Source of the DNA: Candidatus Micrarchaeota archaeon
GTDB taxonomy: Archaea > Micrarchaeota > Micrarchaeia > Micrarchaeales > Micrarchaeaceae
Direction of reading: 5' to 3'
NCBI GenBank assembly: GCA_028867845.1
Contig: JAGWFU010000001.1
Span: 1-32,342, forward strand
DNA length: 32,342 nucleotides
In this document: in pieces, positions 1 to 7,147 of the stretch
How the letters are laid out: every line of letters begins with the position of its first letter
Position numbering within the stretch: the first letter of the stretch is position 1
Program-made: the position numbers and the translations under genes
The notes under the pieces: generated by a model
The model's database searches: none
What the model was told of the DNA's origin: nothing
What the model saw: the letters and a program-made list of their open reading frames with translations, nothing else

Positions 1-922
1 TTCCGGTTGCGAGCGGCTGCGTGTCGAACACCTTCGCGTAGTTGATCAGGTCCTTGAGGTCCCTTGCTATCGAGAGTCCGCACTGCCTGAACACGGCCTC
101 GTATGCCTGGCTGCTACCGGCGAGTGAGGCTGTGTGTGAGTGGGCGGCACCAGCTCCAGCTTCAGTGACTCCGCCCTTGCTGATTACTATCGGTTTTATC
201 TTGGTCACCCTTTTCGCTACATCTATGAACTCCCTGCCCCTCTTCACGCCCTCCATATAGTAGACTATGACCTTGGTGTCCTTGTCGTTGCCAAGATAGT
301 TGAGTATGTCGACCTCGTCTATGTCGGCAGCGTTGCCGTACGATATGAACCTAGCAAGTCCGAATCCCTCGCTCCCTATCATGTCGAGCACAGCGCTTCC
401 AACAGCACCGCTCTGCGCGGCAAAGCTGACGCCGCCTATCTTCGGCCTGTCTATCTTGTAAGTCGGGAGAAAGAGCGTGTCTATCCTCGATCTTGGATCC
501 ATCACTCCGAGGCAGTTAGGCCCTATTGTCGGCATCGAGTACTTCCTTGCAATTGCCACTAGCTGGTCCTGCAGCTGCGTGTTCCCCACCTCGGAGAATC
601 CGCCGCTCACAACAACCAGTCCCTTGACTCCTGCTTTGCCGCACTCCTCCATCACCTGAGGGACTACCATTGCCGGCACGGCTATGACTCCCAGGTCTAT
701 AGGCTTCTTTATGTCGAGCACGCTGCGGTAAGACTTGAGCCCCATTATCTTGCCCTCGTCCTTGACGTTGACCGGGTAGATATTGCCTGAGTAGCCCGCA
801 TCGATGTAGTTCTGGAGTATCACGTGGCCAACCTTGTCGGGGTTGCTTGATGCCCCTATTATCGCCACCGACTTCGGCGCCATTATGTGGGCGAGGCTCT
901 TGTACTCTTTGGTCGTCTTCAT
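1..922 (-). CDS. acdA: ADP-forming acetyl-CoA synthetase (acetate--CoA ligase family), alpha-type subunit with CoA-binding and CoA-ligase domains. The 3' end runs off the window.
   Basis: Not in the ORF track because there is no stop inside the window. My reverse-strand translation from the ATG (complement of 920-922) gives MKTTKEYKSLAHIMAPKSVAIIGASSNPDKVGHVILQNYIDAGYSGNIYPVN...IAVPAMVVPQVMEECGKAGVKGLVVVSGGFSE...GPNCLGVMD...FAAQSGAVGSAVLD...GVTEAGAGAAHSHTASLAGS. This is a CoA-binding Rossmann domain plus a succinyl-CoA-synthetase-like domain with the phospho-His loop (SHTAS). It starts 4 nt after the stop of the ATP-grasp subunit gene. Confidence 0.85.
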   Translation of the reverse strand, partial: MKTTKEYKSLAHIMAPKSVAIIGASSNPDKVGHVILQNYIDAGYSGNIYPVNVKDEGKIMGLKSYRSVLDIKKPIDLGVIAVPAMVVPQVMEECGKAGVKGLVVVSGGFSEVGNTQLQDQLVAIARKYSMPTIGPNCLGVMDPRSRIDTLFLPTYKIDRPKIGGVSFAAQSGAVGSAVLDMIGSEGFGLARFISYGNAADIDEVDILNYLGNDKDTKVIVYYMEGVKRGREFIDVAKRVTKIKPIVISKGGVTEAGAGAAHSHTASLAGSSQAYEAVFRQCGLSIARDLKDLINYAKVFDTQPLATG

Positions 923-926
923 GCTC

Positions 927-1544
927 TCAGCCCATTACCCTCAGGTCCACGGCATCGTATGTGCCGTCGTGAAGTATCAGCGGGTTCAGGTCGAACTCCG
1001 TTATCTCGTTTTCTGCGAACATCTTCGCCGCGCTTATCAGCAGTTTCTTTATCGCAGCCTCGCTCTCCTTTGTCGGGGCGATTATCGCCCTGGACTTCAT
1101 CTGCGCTATCATCGACTCAGCATCGAAGTCGCTTATTGGGCATACGCGAAGGGCGAAATCTTTGAACGTCTCCACATAGATTCCGCCAAGGCCGAGAAGT
1201 ATCATCTTGCCGAACTGCTCGTCAGTGTTGCCGCCTATTATTATCTCGATTCCGCCGGCCACCATCTTCTGCGCAAGTATCTTGTATGGTCGGAACTGCT
1301 GCGCCCTCTTCTCGAGCAGCGAGTAAGCATCCCGTATGCTCTCGTTTGTTGAGAGGTCCAAAATTATGAGCCCGCTCTTTGACTTGTGCAGCGCCTTTGC
1401 GGATATCGCCTTGAGCACTATTGTAGAACCAGAGGCGAAGCGTACCGCATCGTCAGCGCTCCTCACATAGGAACTCTCCACGCTCCTTATGCCGTATCTC
1501 TTGATGAGGGCATGCGCCTTATCGTAATCCCAGAGCTCGTCCAT
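927..1544 (-). CDS. acdB: ADP-forming acetyl-CoA synthetase, beta-type subunit (ATP-grasp domain)
   Basis: The 205-aa ORF has the ATP-grasp pattern of NDP-forming acyl-CoA synthetases (YGI...VVLKAIS..ALHKSKSGLI.LDL; GVLAQKM...G.E.IIGG..D.QFG..I..GLGGIYVE...D...R.CP). It lies directly upstream of the alpha-type gene on the same strand. Confidence 0.85.
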   Translation of the reverse strand: MDELWDYDKAHALIKRYGIRSVESSYVRSADDAVRFASGSTIVLKAISAKALHKSKSGLIILDLSTNESIRDAYSLLEKRAQQFRPYKILAQKMVAGGIEIIIGGNTDEQFGKMILLGLGGIYVETFKDFALRVCPISDFDAESMIAQMKSRAIIAPTKESEAAIKKLLISAAKMFAENEITEFDLNPLILHDGTYDAVDLRVMG

Positions 1545-1566
1545 CCCAACACCCCGAGCCTCGCGG

Positions 1567-2244
1567 CTAGAGTCTTCCCATCATGAACATCCAGGCTGCG
1601 ACGATAATTATTATGATTACTATCGTAGCCACTCCCATGATAAGCATGCTCTTCCCGCTCATTCCCATCTTTGGCGCAACCGCCGGCTCGGCTGCAGGCT
1701 GTGCCTCCGCCGCAGGCGTCTGCGCCGGCATTGGCTGCTGCATCTGCATCGCAGGTTGCGGTGCTCCCGGCTGCGCCGGCGCAGCAGGCATGCCGTTCTG
1801 CACCTGCAGGAACCCCTTCTCGGTGAGCGTTATGTCTATGGATCCGTTCCTGAACTCGTAGGACAGGTATTGCTGCTCGGCGAGCTTGTAGAGGTGCATC
1901 GCGAGGTCCCTTGACGTCACGTTAACCGCGCCTGTTATGTCGATCAGGCTCCTCTTGCCCTTCGAGAGCTGTGTTATTATCGCAAAGTCGAGGTGGTCGA
2001 ATCCGCCTTTGGCCTTCTCGTTCGCCTCCGCGACCGTGGCCTTGCCCAAATCGGTCACGCTGAGCGCGCTCTGCCCAGGGAACGTGGTCGTGAAGTCCAC
2101 GAGCCCCTTCTGCTTGAGGCCGCCGAGGATGTTGGACGCGTCGAAAAACGAGGAGTTTATCAGGCTGCCAAACTTCTCCACTACAGTATCAGTTTTCACC
2201 CTAGAGAGTGATATCAGGTCGATAAAGTTAACATCAGAAGCCAT
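1567..2244 (-). CDS. Hypothetical tail-anchored protein: two tandem winged-helix-like repeats, a Pro/Ala/Gln-rich linker and a C-terminal TM helix
   Basis: Start moved to MASDVNF (ATG 2244-2242), because the longer ORF would run through its own TATA box at about 2276-2289. Two ~65-aa repeats end in ...LSVTDLGKATV and ...ITLTEKGFLQV (wHTH-like). They are followed by PAAPAQPGAPQPAMQMQQPMPAQTPAAEAQPAAEP and the hydrophobic tail LIMGVATIVIIIIIVAAWMFMMG. Confidence 0.6.
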   Translation of the reverse strand: MASDVNFIDLISLSRVKTDTVVEKFGSLINSSFFDASNILGGLKQKGLVDFTTTFPGQSALSVTDLGKATVAEANEKAKGGFDHLDFAIITQLSKGKRSLIDITGAVNVTSRDLAMHLYKLAEQQYLSYEFRNGSIDITLTEKGFLQVQNGMPAAPAQPGAPQPAMQMQQPMPAQTPAAEAQPAAEPAVAPKMGMSGKSMLIMGVATIVIIIIIVAAWMFMMGRL

Positions 2245-2275
2245 CGAGTCACCGCTATCGTATAAAGAAAGAAAT

Positions 2276-2289
2276 CTATTTATAGGCTC
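2276..2289 (-). promoter_or_regulatory. Putative BRE/TATA promoter for the 1567-2244 gene
   Basis: The reverse strand reads GAGCCTATAAATAG, about 35-40 nt upstream of ATG 2244. It matches the recurrent (A)AGC(C/T)TTAAATA-type element seen before many genes in this window. Confidence 0.4.
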
Positions 2290-2399
2290 TCTCGGACTGC
2301 ACACGCTGTTTGGCCGCAGTGGGCCGCACAATCCAAAGCTTAATTAAATGGTATCTCGCAATGTTATTAGACCAAAGTAATCCGACCAGTTGATTTTAA

Positions 2400-3656
2400 A
2401 TGCAATTCAAGTTTTTCGGCGCGGCACAGGAAGTTGGGCGTTCAGCCATATTCATGAAGGACATAAAGGGCATCATGTTCGACTACGGGATAAAGCTCGG
2501 CACGGAGAAGCCCGAGTACCCGATAGGCCTGCCCCAGGTAGATTCCGTTGTGCTCAGCCACGCCCACATAGACCACTGCGGCGCGCTGCCGATGATATAC
2601 AACGGGCAGTACGTGCCCACATACGGCACAAGGCCCACGCTCAAGCTCGCGAACATACTTCTTGACGACTCGCTCTCAGTAGCGAGGAAGAACCACACGC
2701 AGGCGAAGTTCAGCAAGAGGCAGATAAAGGCGTTCAACAACAAGTTCCAGAACAAGGACTACCACCACCCGTTCAGGATAGGCGACATGGAGCTCGAGTT
2801 CTACGATGCAGCCCACATATCGGGCAGCGCTGCCACTCTTATAACTAGGAAGAACGCGAAGGCTAACAAGCGCGTGCTTTACACCGGCGACTACAAGCTC
2901 AGCGAGCAGGCGCTGCACAAGGGCGCTGAGACCGTGGAGTGCGACGTCATGGTCACAGAATCGACTTACGCCACAAGGAAGCACCCGCAGAGGGAGGAGC
3001 TGATAAACAGGTTCATCAGCAAGGTCAAGGAGACGCTCGACGCGGGAGGAAACGCGCTTGTGCCGGTCTTCGCAGTTGGCAGGAGTCAGGAGATACTTTA
3101 CCTGCTCCATAAGCACAACCTATCGGGTTACACTTACATAGACGGCATGGCAAGGGCCGCAACCAAGGCAGTGCTGGACTTCCCCAACTACATAAGGAAC
3201 GCGGATGAGCTCGAAGACGCGCTGGGGGAGGCTACAGTCATATCGGAGCACTCGCACAGGAAGGAGGCGCTAGAGAGCCCATCGGTAATACTCACGACCG
3301 CGGGGATGCTGAGCGGCGGACCGGTGCTCAACTACATAACCAAGCTCAACAAGTACTCCCACATAATGCTCACCGGATACCAGGTCGAGGGCAGCAACGG
3401 AAGGACCCTGCTCGACCACAAGAAGGTCACGATCGAGGGAGTGGTCCACAAGATAGACACACCCGCAACGTACTTCGACTTCTCGGCCCATGCTGGCAAG
3501 GACGACCTATACGACTACGTGAAGAGATGCAACCCGAGCACGGTCATCTGCATACACGGCGACGCGGAGAACTCGAAGGACTTCGCTGAGAACCTCACTC
3601 TGGAGGGATACAAGGCATACGCCCCTCAGCTCGGAGAGACGATCAAGCTTGACTGA
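2400..3656 (+). CDS. Beta-CASP family metallo-beta-lactamase-fold ribonuclease (aCPSF2/RNase J-like, no KH domains)
   Basis: 418 aa. MBL motif 2 is VVLSHAHIDHCGALP, with downstream D/H motifs (YTGDYK, ESTYA, FSAHAG, IHGD) in the order typical of beta-CASP nucleases. Confidence 0.85.
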   Translation: MQFKFFGAAQEVGRSAIFMKDIKGIMFDYGIKLGTEKPEYPIGLPQVDSVVLSHAHIDHCGALPMIYNGQYVPTYGTRPTLKLANILLDDSLSVARKNHTQAKFSKRQIKAFNNKFQNKDYHHPFRIGDMELEFYDAAHISGSAATLITRKNAKANKRVLYTGDYKLSEQALHKGAETVECDVMVTESTYATRKHPQREELINRFISKVKETLDAGGNALVPVFAVGRSQEILYLLHKHNLSGYTYIDGMARAATKAVLDFPNYIRNADELEDALGEATVISEHSHRKEALESPSVILTTAGMLSGGPVLNYITKLNKYSHIMLTGYQVEGSNGRTLLDHKKVTIEGVVHKIDTPATYFDFSAHAGKDDLYDYVKRCNPSTVICIHGDAENSKDFAENLTLEGYKAYAPQLGETIKLD

Positions 3657-3676
3657 TTCTTGTAAAAACAGATTGA

Positions 3677-4714
3677 CTAGAACTGCCCTACGTTAGGCAT
3701 GTTGATGTCGAACTCCTGCCCCTCCATCGGATACAGCTGCGCAGATGGTGCGCTTTCGTAATTGTTCCTCGAGTAGGCGAGCACCACTATTGCTACGAAT
3801 CCTATCGCCGCGAGCAGCGCGAGATAAAGAGTCCCGCTGTTCAGGTACTGGTAGCTGGCAAGTGCAACGTTGGCGAATACAGTAACTATGGCTACGCTGT
3901 ATCCCCTCAGTGACTGCAGGAAGAGCAGCATCGCAGCAACCACAGCGAACACCGCGAGGACGCCCTGCGCGATCGCCGCCATGTAGCTGTAGTTTATGTT
4001 CGACAGGAATGCGAATATGCCAACCGCGTTGGCGTAGCCGATTATGTAGGCCAGCTGGCCGTTCGCGAATATCACGAACACGGCAAACATCACGAGCAGC
4101 AGCGTGGCCGCGACGGTGCTCAGGTTGTTGTAAGTGGAATATCTCTCCTTCTCCTCAGAATAGGTGGGGGCCTTGTCCACGTCCTCCAGGCAGTAGTAGT
4201 TGCCGTTGTACTCCGCTATGTCCTCGAAGCAGAAGGGCCTGTGGCAGTAGTTGCACCTTGAGTAGGCCTTCCTCCACGGGTGCCACGTGCAGTGCAGGTT
4301 CTGCACCGCCTCCCTGCTCATGTATTCAGCCCGCGTCTGTGCCGCGCTCTTGTTTATAAGCGCCTCCTGCATCTGGTCGTCGGACTCGTAGACCTCGCCT
4401 GTCTTCTCTGCAGGCGCGTAAGACTCGTAAGCTTGTTTCCTCTCTACAGGTCGCTCCTCCACCTGCTTCGGCTTTGCAAACTGCATCGGAGTCGCGGGCT
4501 CCCTCTCCTGAGGTGCCTCCTTCTGCTTGTTGAAGAACAGAGGCTTCCTCTCAGGCTTCTGGACCGGCTCTGCAACTGCCTTCGGCTCAGGTTTCTTAAC
4601 GGCCTTGACCTCGGGCTTCTTCTCAGGCTTTGTCTCCGCTGGCTTCTCAACAGGCCTCTTCTTTTGCTGCTCCCTAACCTTGAAAATAATCAGATCGTTA
4701 GGGTCTATAGCCAT
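3677..4714 (-). CDS. Membrane protein with a Lys/Pro/Glu-rich N-terminal region, a B-box-like zinc finger and about 4-5 C-terminal TM helices
   Basis: Start set at MAIDPND (ATG 4714-4712), whose A is shared with the TGA stop of the upstream S26e gene (TGATG overlap). It has a KPE-rich low-complexity stretch (KKRPVEKPAETKPEKKPEVKAVKKPEPKAVAEP...), the Cys/His motif CTWHPWRKAYSRCNYCHRPFCFEDIAEYNGNYYC, and a hydrophobic C-terminal half. Confidence 0.65.
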   Translation of the reverse strand: MAIDPNDLIIFKVREQQKKRPVEKPAETKPEKKPEVKAVKKPEPKAVAEPVQKPERKPLFFNKQKEAPQEREPATPMQFAKPKQVEERPVERKQAYESYAPAEKTGEVYESDDQMQEALINKSAAQTRAEYMSREAVQNLHCTWHPWRKAYSRCNYCHRPFCFEDIAEYNGNYYCLEDVDKAPTYSEEKERYSTYNNLSTVAATLLLVMFAVFVIFANGQLAYIIGYANAVGIFAFLSNINYSYMAAIAQGVLAVFAVVAAMLLFLQSLRGYSVAIVTVFANVALASYQYLNSGTLYLALLAAIGFVAIVVLAYSRNNYESAPSAQLYPMEGQEFDINMPNVGQF

Positions 4715-4950
4715 CAGATCTCCTTGTTGGCCTTCCTGATCGCGTTCTGCTTCAGCTTCTCGAAGATTCCCCTGTGCTTGGCGCAGCTTATGCAGTACCA
4801 CTGCTTCCTCCTCTCGAAGAACCTTACGTCCATGTTGTTCTTCATCTCGGTATTGAAGGTTATCGCCCTCTCATAGGCTACGCCCTTGTTTCTCGGGACC
4901 TTCCTTCCGCATGAGTCGCAAACTACTACTGTCTCCTTTCCTCTTGTCAC
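4714..4950 (-). CDS. rps26e: 30S ribosomal protein S26e (short form)
   Basis: 78 aa. VVCDSCGRKVPRNKGV...(about 30 aa)...YCISCAKHRGI matches the S26e pattern (C.nC.r.vPkDKA...yCvSCAiH). The basic C-terminus is RKANKEI. Confidence 0.65.
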   Translation of the reverse strand: MTRGKETVVVCDSCGRKVPRNKGVAYERAITFNTEMKNNMDVRFFERRKQWYCISCAKHRGIFEKLKQNAIRKANKEI

Positions 4951-5021
4951 TTATACACCTTTAACTCTATACAATTGGCATAAGAAGATTAATAATCCTT
5001 GCATCGCGGCGACGAATCCCG

Positions 5022-6146
5022 CTAGCCAAGCTTTGTTACTGAAACCGAGTCTGTCTTCTTGTTTGTGGTGTAGACATATCTGCCATCGGGGGTTATTACT
5101 GATGGTGAGCCTACAGTCCAGACTATCTTGTCTGAGTTAAGGTCCACTATATAGTAGATGGAAGCCCCCTGGTTGCCCCCTCCAACCACATACATGTACC
5201 TGTTGCTGGGCCCGAATGCAATCTGGAAAGGTCCCTTAATGAATGGGACAACTGTGTAGTAGATGCCGGTAGTTGTATTTATTGCAATGATGCTATTCCC
5301 GCATATTGCGTACAGGTAATTCGGATTCGCCGATGTGTCCAATGAATCCGGCGGGTTCAGGCCGCCGCATACCGTTTGTACTGCATGCACGAGCCCATAA
5401 TCTGAGGCATTCAGGATGTCAATGCCGCCGTCGCTTTCCGCCACATAGATGTACTTTCCGTCAGGGCTTAGCTCGATGTAGATCGGAGTATGGTAGGTAC
5501 CAGTGGACCCAGATTGGGTGAAATTGGGGCCCAAAGGCACGCTCACCGTGTTGTTTGTCAAGGAATTGGTCACAAGTATAACGTTCTGATACGGCACGGT
5601 CTCATACACATATCTTCCATTACTAGAGGGCCTGATGGTGCTGGCGTTGTAAGCTGTAGCCACCGCATACATTATGCTTGCAGTGCTGGTGTTCGCTATC
5701 CACACATTACCATACTCAGGTATGGTGCTGAAACTGGAATTCAGGAAGTAAAACGTTGCACCGCTCTCAGAATTTCCAAAACGTATGTAACCAGCACCAT
5801 TGTAGCCTAAGCTATCCACCAGTTTGTTAGAGGTCAGATTCAGCACCGAAATGCTCTGTGTGCACACAACAAGCAGATACCTGCCATCCGTAGTTATCGC
5901 CATGCCCTTGGGATCAAAGCACGTACCTATGGTGGCAACCACCTTGTTCTCAGAGGCGTTTATCACCGAGACCGTGCTACTGTTCGTGTTCCCTACATAC
6001 AGGTAAGCGCCACTTGGGGAGACCATTATGGGGTAGGGGGACTTACCCACAGATATCCTACTAGCTGCGTTAATGTAAGCCAGGCCCACAATTGCCACTA
6101 TAATCAGGATTAAGACAGCGATTACGGCCGCCTTAGTGCTGGTCAC
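5022..6146 (-). CDS. Membrane-anchored extracellular YVTN-family beta-propeller repeat protein, rich in N-glycosylation sequons
   Basis: GTG start at 6146. N-terminal TM helix (AAVIAVLILIIVAIVGLAY). Repeated ~40-aa units of the form P.G.A.SPDG.Y.YV.N...S.VSVI......V...I (for example SPSGAYLYVGNTNSSTVSVINASENKVVATI, TTDGRYLLVVCTQSISVLNL, SPDGKYIYVAESDGGIDILNASD, TPDGRYVYTTNKKTDSVSV). Confidence 0.75.
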   Translation of the reverse strand: MTSTKAAVIAVLILIIVAIVGLAYINAASRISVGKSPYPIMVSPSGAYLYVGNTNSSTVSVINASENKVVATIGTCFDPKGMAITTDGRYLLVVCTQSISVLNLTSNKLVDSLGYNGAGYIRFGNSESGATFYFLNSSFSTIPEYGNVWIANTSTASIMYAVATAYNASTIRPSSNGRYVYETVPYQNVILVTNSLTNNTVSVPLGPNFTQSGSTGTYHTPIYIELSPDGKYIYVAESDGGIDILNASDYGLVHAVQTVCGGLNPPDSLDTSANPNYLYAICGNSIIAINTTTGIYYTVVPFIKGPFQIAFGPSNRYMYVVGGGNQGASIYYIVDLNSDKIVWTVGSPSVITPDGRYVYTTNKKTDSVSVTKLG

Positions 6147-6170
6147 TATTAATTAAGGCGGAAGGCACAC

Positions 6171-6183
6171 TAAAAAGCTTTCG
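6171..6183 (-). promoter_or_regulatory. Putative BRE/TATA promoter for the 5022-6146 gene
   Basis: The reverse strand reads CGAAAGCTTTTTA, about 25-30 nt upstream of the GTG start at 6146. It mirrors the CGAAAGCTTTAAAA element at 6225-6238 on the other strand. Confidence 0.4.
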
Positions 6184-6224
6184 ATTCACGTTCTGGTTTC
6201 ACTTCATTATTCGTGTCGGCGGAA

Positions 6225-6240
6225 CGAAAGCTTTAAAATC
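6225..6240 (+). promoter_or_regulatory. Putative BRE/TATA promoter for the 6276-7147 operon
   Basis: CGAAAGCTTTAAAATC lies about 40 nt upstream of ATG 6276. Confidence 0.4.
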
Positions 6241-6275
6241 TAATTACCAGAGTAATAGTACAAAAGGGTCAGCGG

Positions 6276-6818
6276 ATGAAAATCTACCTCATAAGCGACA
6301 ACAAGGACAAGGAGATAGCGCTGGCAAACGCGATAGCTAAGGCCAACCACTCACCCATAATGAGCGAACTCTCTACTGACGATTACAAAGAGATGGTAGA
6401 CGAGGCAATAGACAACGCGAAGTCCGGCTACGACCTGATGGTGATGGTCTCGAGCGACTCGGTGGACGCGTGCATAGAGGCCAACAAGAGCGGAAAGCTA
6501 AGGGCCTTGGTCTGCAGCACAGCTGAGGACGCGGCAAGGGCAAGGAAGGCGGGAGTCAACCTCATAATCATAGACAACAGCACGACCAAGACGGATTCGT
6601 ACAACGTCATAAGGGGATGGATGGGCGGAACCGCGCCCGCTCAGAAGAAGGAGTACGTCGAGAAGCAGCAGTCGTCGCTCTCCAAGATAACAAAGATTAT
6701 GCCGCAGAAGAAGGAGGCGGAGAAGGAGCCGGAACCAGAGGAAGAGGAGGACATGCCGCCGCCAAAGAAGGAGACCGGCATAATCGGGAAGATAAAGTAC
6801 ACGTTCGGCGTGGAATGA
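6276..6818 (+). CDS. RpiB/LacA/LacB-fold domain protein lacking the catalytic residues, with an acidic/Lys-Pro-rich C-terminal tail
   Basis: MKIYLISDNKDKEIA...DY...VDEAIDNAKSGYDLMVMVSSDSVDACIEANKSGKLRALVCSTAEDAARARKAGVNLIIID aligns by eye with E. coli RpiB (MKKIAFGCDHVG...DYPHYA...[48 protein letters not shown]). CGTGVG is replaced by SSDSVD and HND by KAG. The tail is KKEAEKEPEPEEEEDMPPPKKE. Confidence 0.6.
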   Translation: MKIYLISDNKDKEIALANAIAKANHSPIMSELSTDDYKEMVDEAIDNAKSGYDLMVMVSSDSVDACIEANKSGKLRALVCSTAEDAARARKAGVNLIIIDNSTTKTDSYNVIRGWMGGTAPAQKKEYVEKQQSSLSKITKIMPQKKEAEKEPEPEEEEDMPPPKKETGIIGKIKYTFGVE

Positions 6819-6823
6819 GCTAG

Positions 6824-7147
6824 ATGGACCTCAACTGCGAGCGCGCCATGGGGATAATAATCCCAGCCATAAGGATATCCGTCTCGAAGAGGCTTAAGAG
6901 GGACGGGATGACGCAGGCAGAGATATCGGCGAAGCTTGGGATAAGGCAGGCGACTGTGAGCAAGTACCTCACCGGAAAGTATTCGAAGAAACTCAAGCTT
7001 GCGGAGAGGCTGGTCGACTCCAAGCGGATATCCGACTCGATAACCAAGCTGGTGCTCAAGGGAAAGGGCGCATCAGCAGTGTCAGATGCAATGGACTCTG
7101 TTGCGTTCAAGAAGGATGTTGTTGCAGCGGCACTAAAGATAAGTTAA
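6824..7147 (+). CDS. Small helix-turn-helix transcriptional regulator (XRE-like HTH)
   Basis: GMTQAEISAKLGIRQATVSKYLTGKYS is a classic HTH. It starts 6 nt downstream of the preceding ORF, so co-transcription is likely. An alternative start is MGIIIP. Confidence 0.7.
   Translation: MDLNCERAMGIIIPAIRISVSKRLKRDGMTQAEISAKLGIRQATVSKYLTGKYSKKLKLAERLVDSKRISDSITKLVLKGKGASAVSDAMDSVAFKKDVVAAALKIS

Noticed and set aside
7144-7147. Convergent HTH and aroA genes share a TTAA, so their TAA stops overlap on opposite strands.
   Set aside because: This is real but a trivial consequence of genome compaction, with no indication of regulatory meaning.
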